Shown: positions 57,936-64,000 of the stretch, piece after piece | Numbering within the stretch: position 1 is the first letter of the stretch | Layout: each line of letters opens with the position of its first letter | NCBI RefSeq assembly: GCF_009914755.1 | Contig: NC_060943.1 | Direction: 5' to 3' (one strand) | Source of the DNA: the human T2T-CHM13v2.0 reference genome, Homo sapiens | DNA length: 64,000 nt | The notes under the pieces: model-generated | Seen by the model: the letters and a program-made list of their open reading frames with translations, nothing else | Told to the model about the DNA's origin: nothing | Databases searched by the model: none | Made by a program: the position numbers and the translations under genes

Positions 57936-59434
57936 TCACTTGAGCCTAAGAGGTCAGCACTGCAGCGAGCCAAGATTGTGCCACTGCACTCCAGCCTGGG
58001 CAACAGAGTTAGACTCTGTCTCTAAAAAGATTTAAATAAATATATTTTAAAATTGGCAAATAAGCATTCCTTTTAGAAAACAAAGATGCTAGCGAACTAT
58101 TATTTTCACATTAACACTTATGAAAAGAACTAATCAAATGTGAGCTCTTCCCTTTTTTCTCTGTTTCAGTGGCCACCTGACCTTCACAGTACATGGTTGT
58201 CACCAGGTGCTCTGTGGCTGGGGATGTTCATGTCCAGTTTATCCATCTGAATCTCTCTCAACCCCACCCCACCACCATTGACCCACCCAATTATTTCTGT
58301 AGCTAAACATTAAGCATTGTATAAATAACTGTCCCTTTCAAAGAGGACTCAGGTTGAATACACCTGTGATTCTCTCAGATCCTCTGATATAATCATTTGC
58401 ATTTGTCTTCCAGGATAGACTGTGATATCTTGAGTAGGAACCTCATTCATTGTATTTGCTTCTGTTCCCCCAAACCTGTGTCACCACCTGATCATTGAGG
58501 ACACAGAAAATTTATTTTATTTATTTTTTTGAGATGGAGTCTCACTTTTTTTTTTGAGATGGAGTCACCCAGGCTGGAGTGCAGTGGCATGATCTCAGCT
58601 CACTGCAACCTCCACCTCCCACGTCAAGCGATTCTCCTGGTCAGCCTCCAGAGTAGCTGAGATTACAGGCATGCCTCACCAAACCTTGCTAATTTTTTTG
58701 CATTTTTAGTAGAGACAGGGTTTCACCATGTTGGCCAGGCTGGTCTCGAACTCCTGACCTCAAATGATCCACCCGCCTCAGCCTCCCAATGTGCTGGGAT
58801 TACAGGCATGAACCACCGCGCCCAGCCAACACAGAATATTTTAAGCTGACCATCAACCTGCTGTAAACATTGGAGATCTCAGCACAACCCTAAAACATCC
58901 ACACCCCAGGGAGAGTATACAGATATTAACGTGCCCTCACTACAAGGAGCTCCACTGACTCCCTTTCTGGAAAATGACTCAAATCGGTTTTCTGGAGGAC
59001 TATATGCAATTAATAGATATAAAAATAACATGTTGTTTGCTTTTATTTACATGATTTACCATTTCTGTTTGTTTTTGAGACAGGGTCTTAGTCTGTCACC
59101 CATGCTGGGGTGCGGTGGCTTAATCTTGGCTCACTGCAACCTCCACCTCCTGGGCTCAAGCAATCCTCCCACCCCAACCCCTTGAGTAGCTGGGACTACA
59201 GGTGTGCACCAACATGTTTGGCTAATATTTAAATTTTTGGTAGAGATGAGGTCCCACTATATTGCCCAGGCTGGTCTCAAACTCCTGAAATCAAGCAGTT
59301 CTTCTGATTCAGCCTCCCTAAGTGCTGGGATCACAGGCGTGAGCCACTGTGCCTGGCTGATTTAACTTTCATAGGTTGTTAAGAAAGCGATTAACCCTGT
59401 GAACCATGGTTGGATTTCACTGATTCTCAAAACT

Positions 59435-60344
<910 letters not shown>

Positions 60345-60454
60345 ACAGAGTGATTCTCATGATTAGCACAAGTTATCTTTGAGTTGCTATAGCTTATTAA
60401 CATCATAAATCATCTGGGCAACCACACTGGTGAGGTAGTAGTATTTGCTGTAAT

Positions 60455-64000
<3,546 letters not shown>

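Overview
Primate (hominoid, since an SVA is present) Alu-dense KRAB zinc-finger cluster DNA, consistent from recall with human chr19p13.2. It holds one intact gene: ZNF709 on the minus strand, with 4 coding exons (27059-27061, 9128-9254, 8866-8923, 6400-8137) giving 641 aa with a KRAB domain and 19 C2H2 fingers. Degenerate fingers continue into its 3' UTR, and an antisense SVA with TSD lies in intron 1. Two more paralogous CpG-island promoter/exon-1/intron-1 'heads' lie upstream: one on + (ATG|GT at 37962) and one on - (ACG|GT at 56152). I found no KRAB or finger exons for either. The two heads converge on an ancient Alu-riddled NUMT (ND2-trnW//CO1//CO2-trnK-ATP8-ATP6-CO3) fused to a 5'-truncated PPIA retrocopy. 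The NUMT retains pre-anthropoid-type mitochondrial residues. Other oddities are a ~611-bp near-identical inverted templated insertion inside an Alu and an Alu flanked by a ~100-bp direct duplication. The rest is Alu, L1 and ERV/LTR sequence. All alignments were done by eye; repeat boundaries and subfamily names are approximate.
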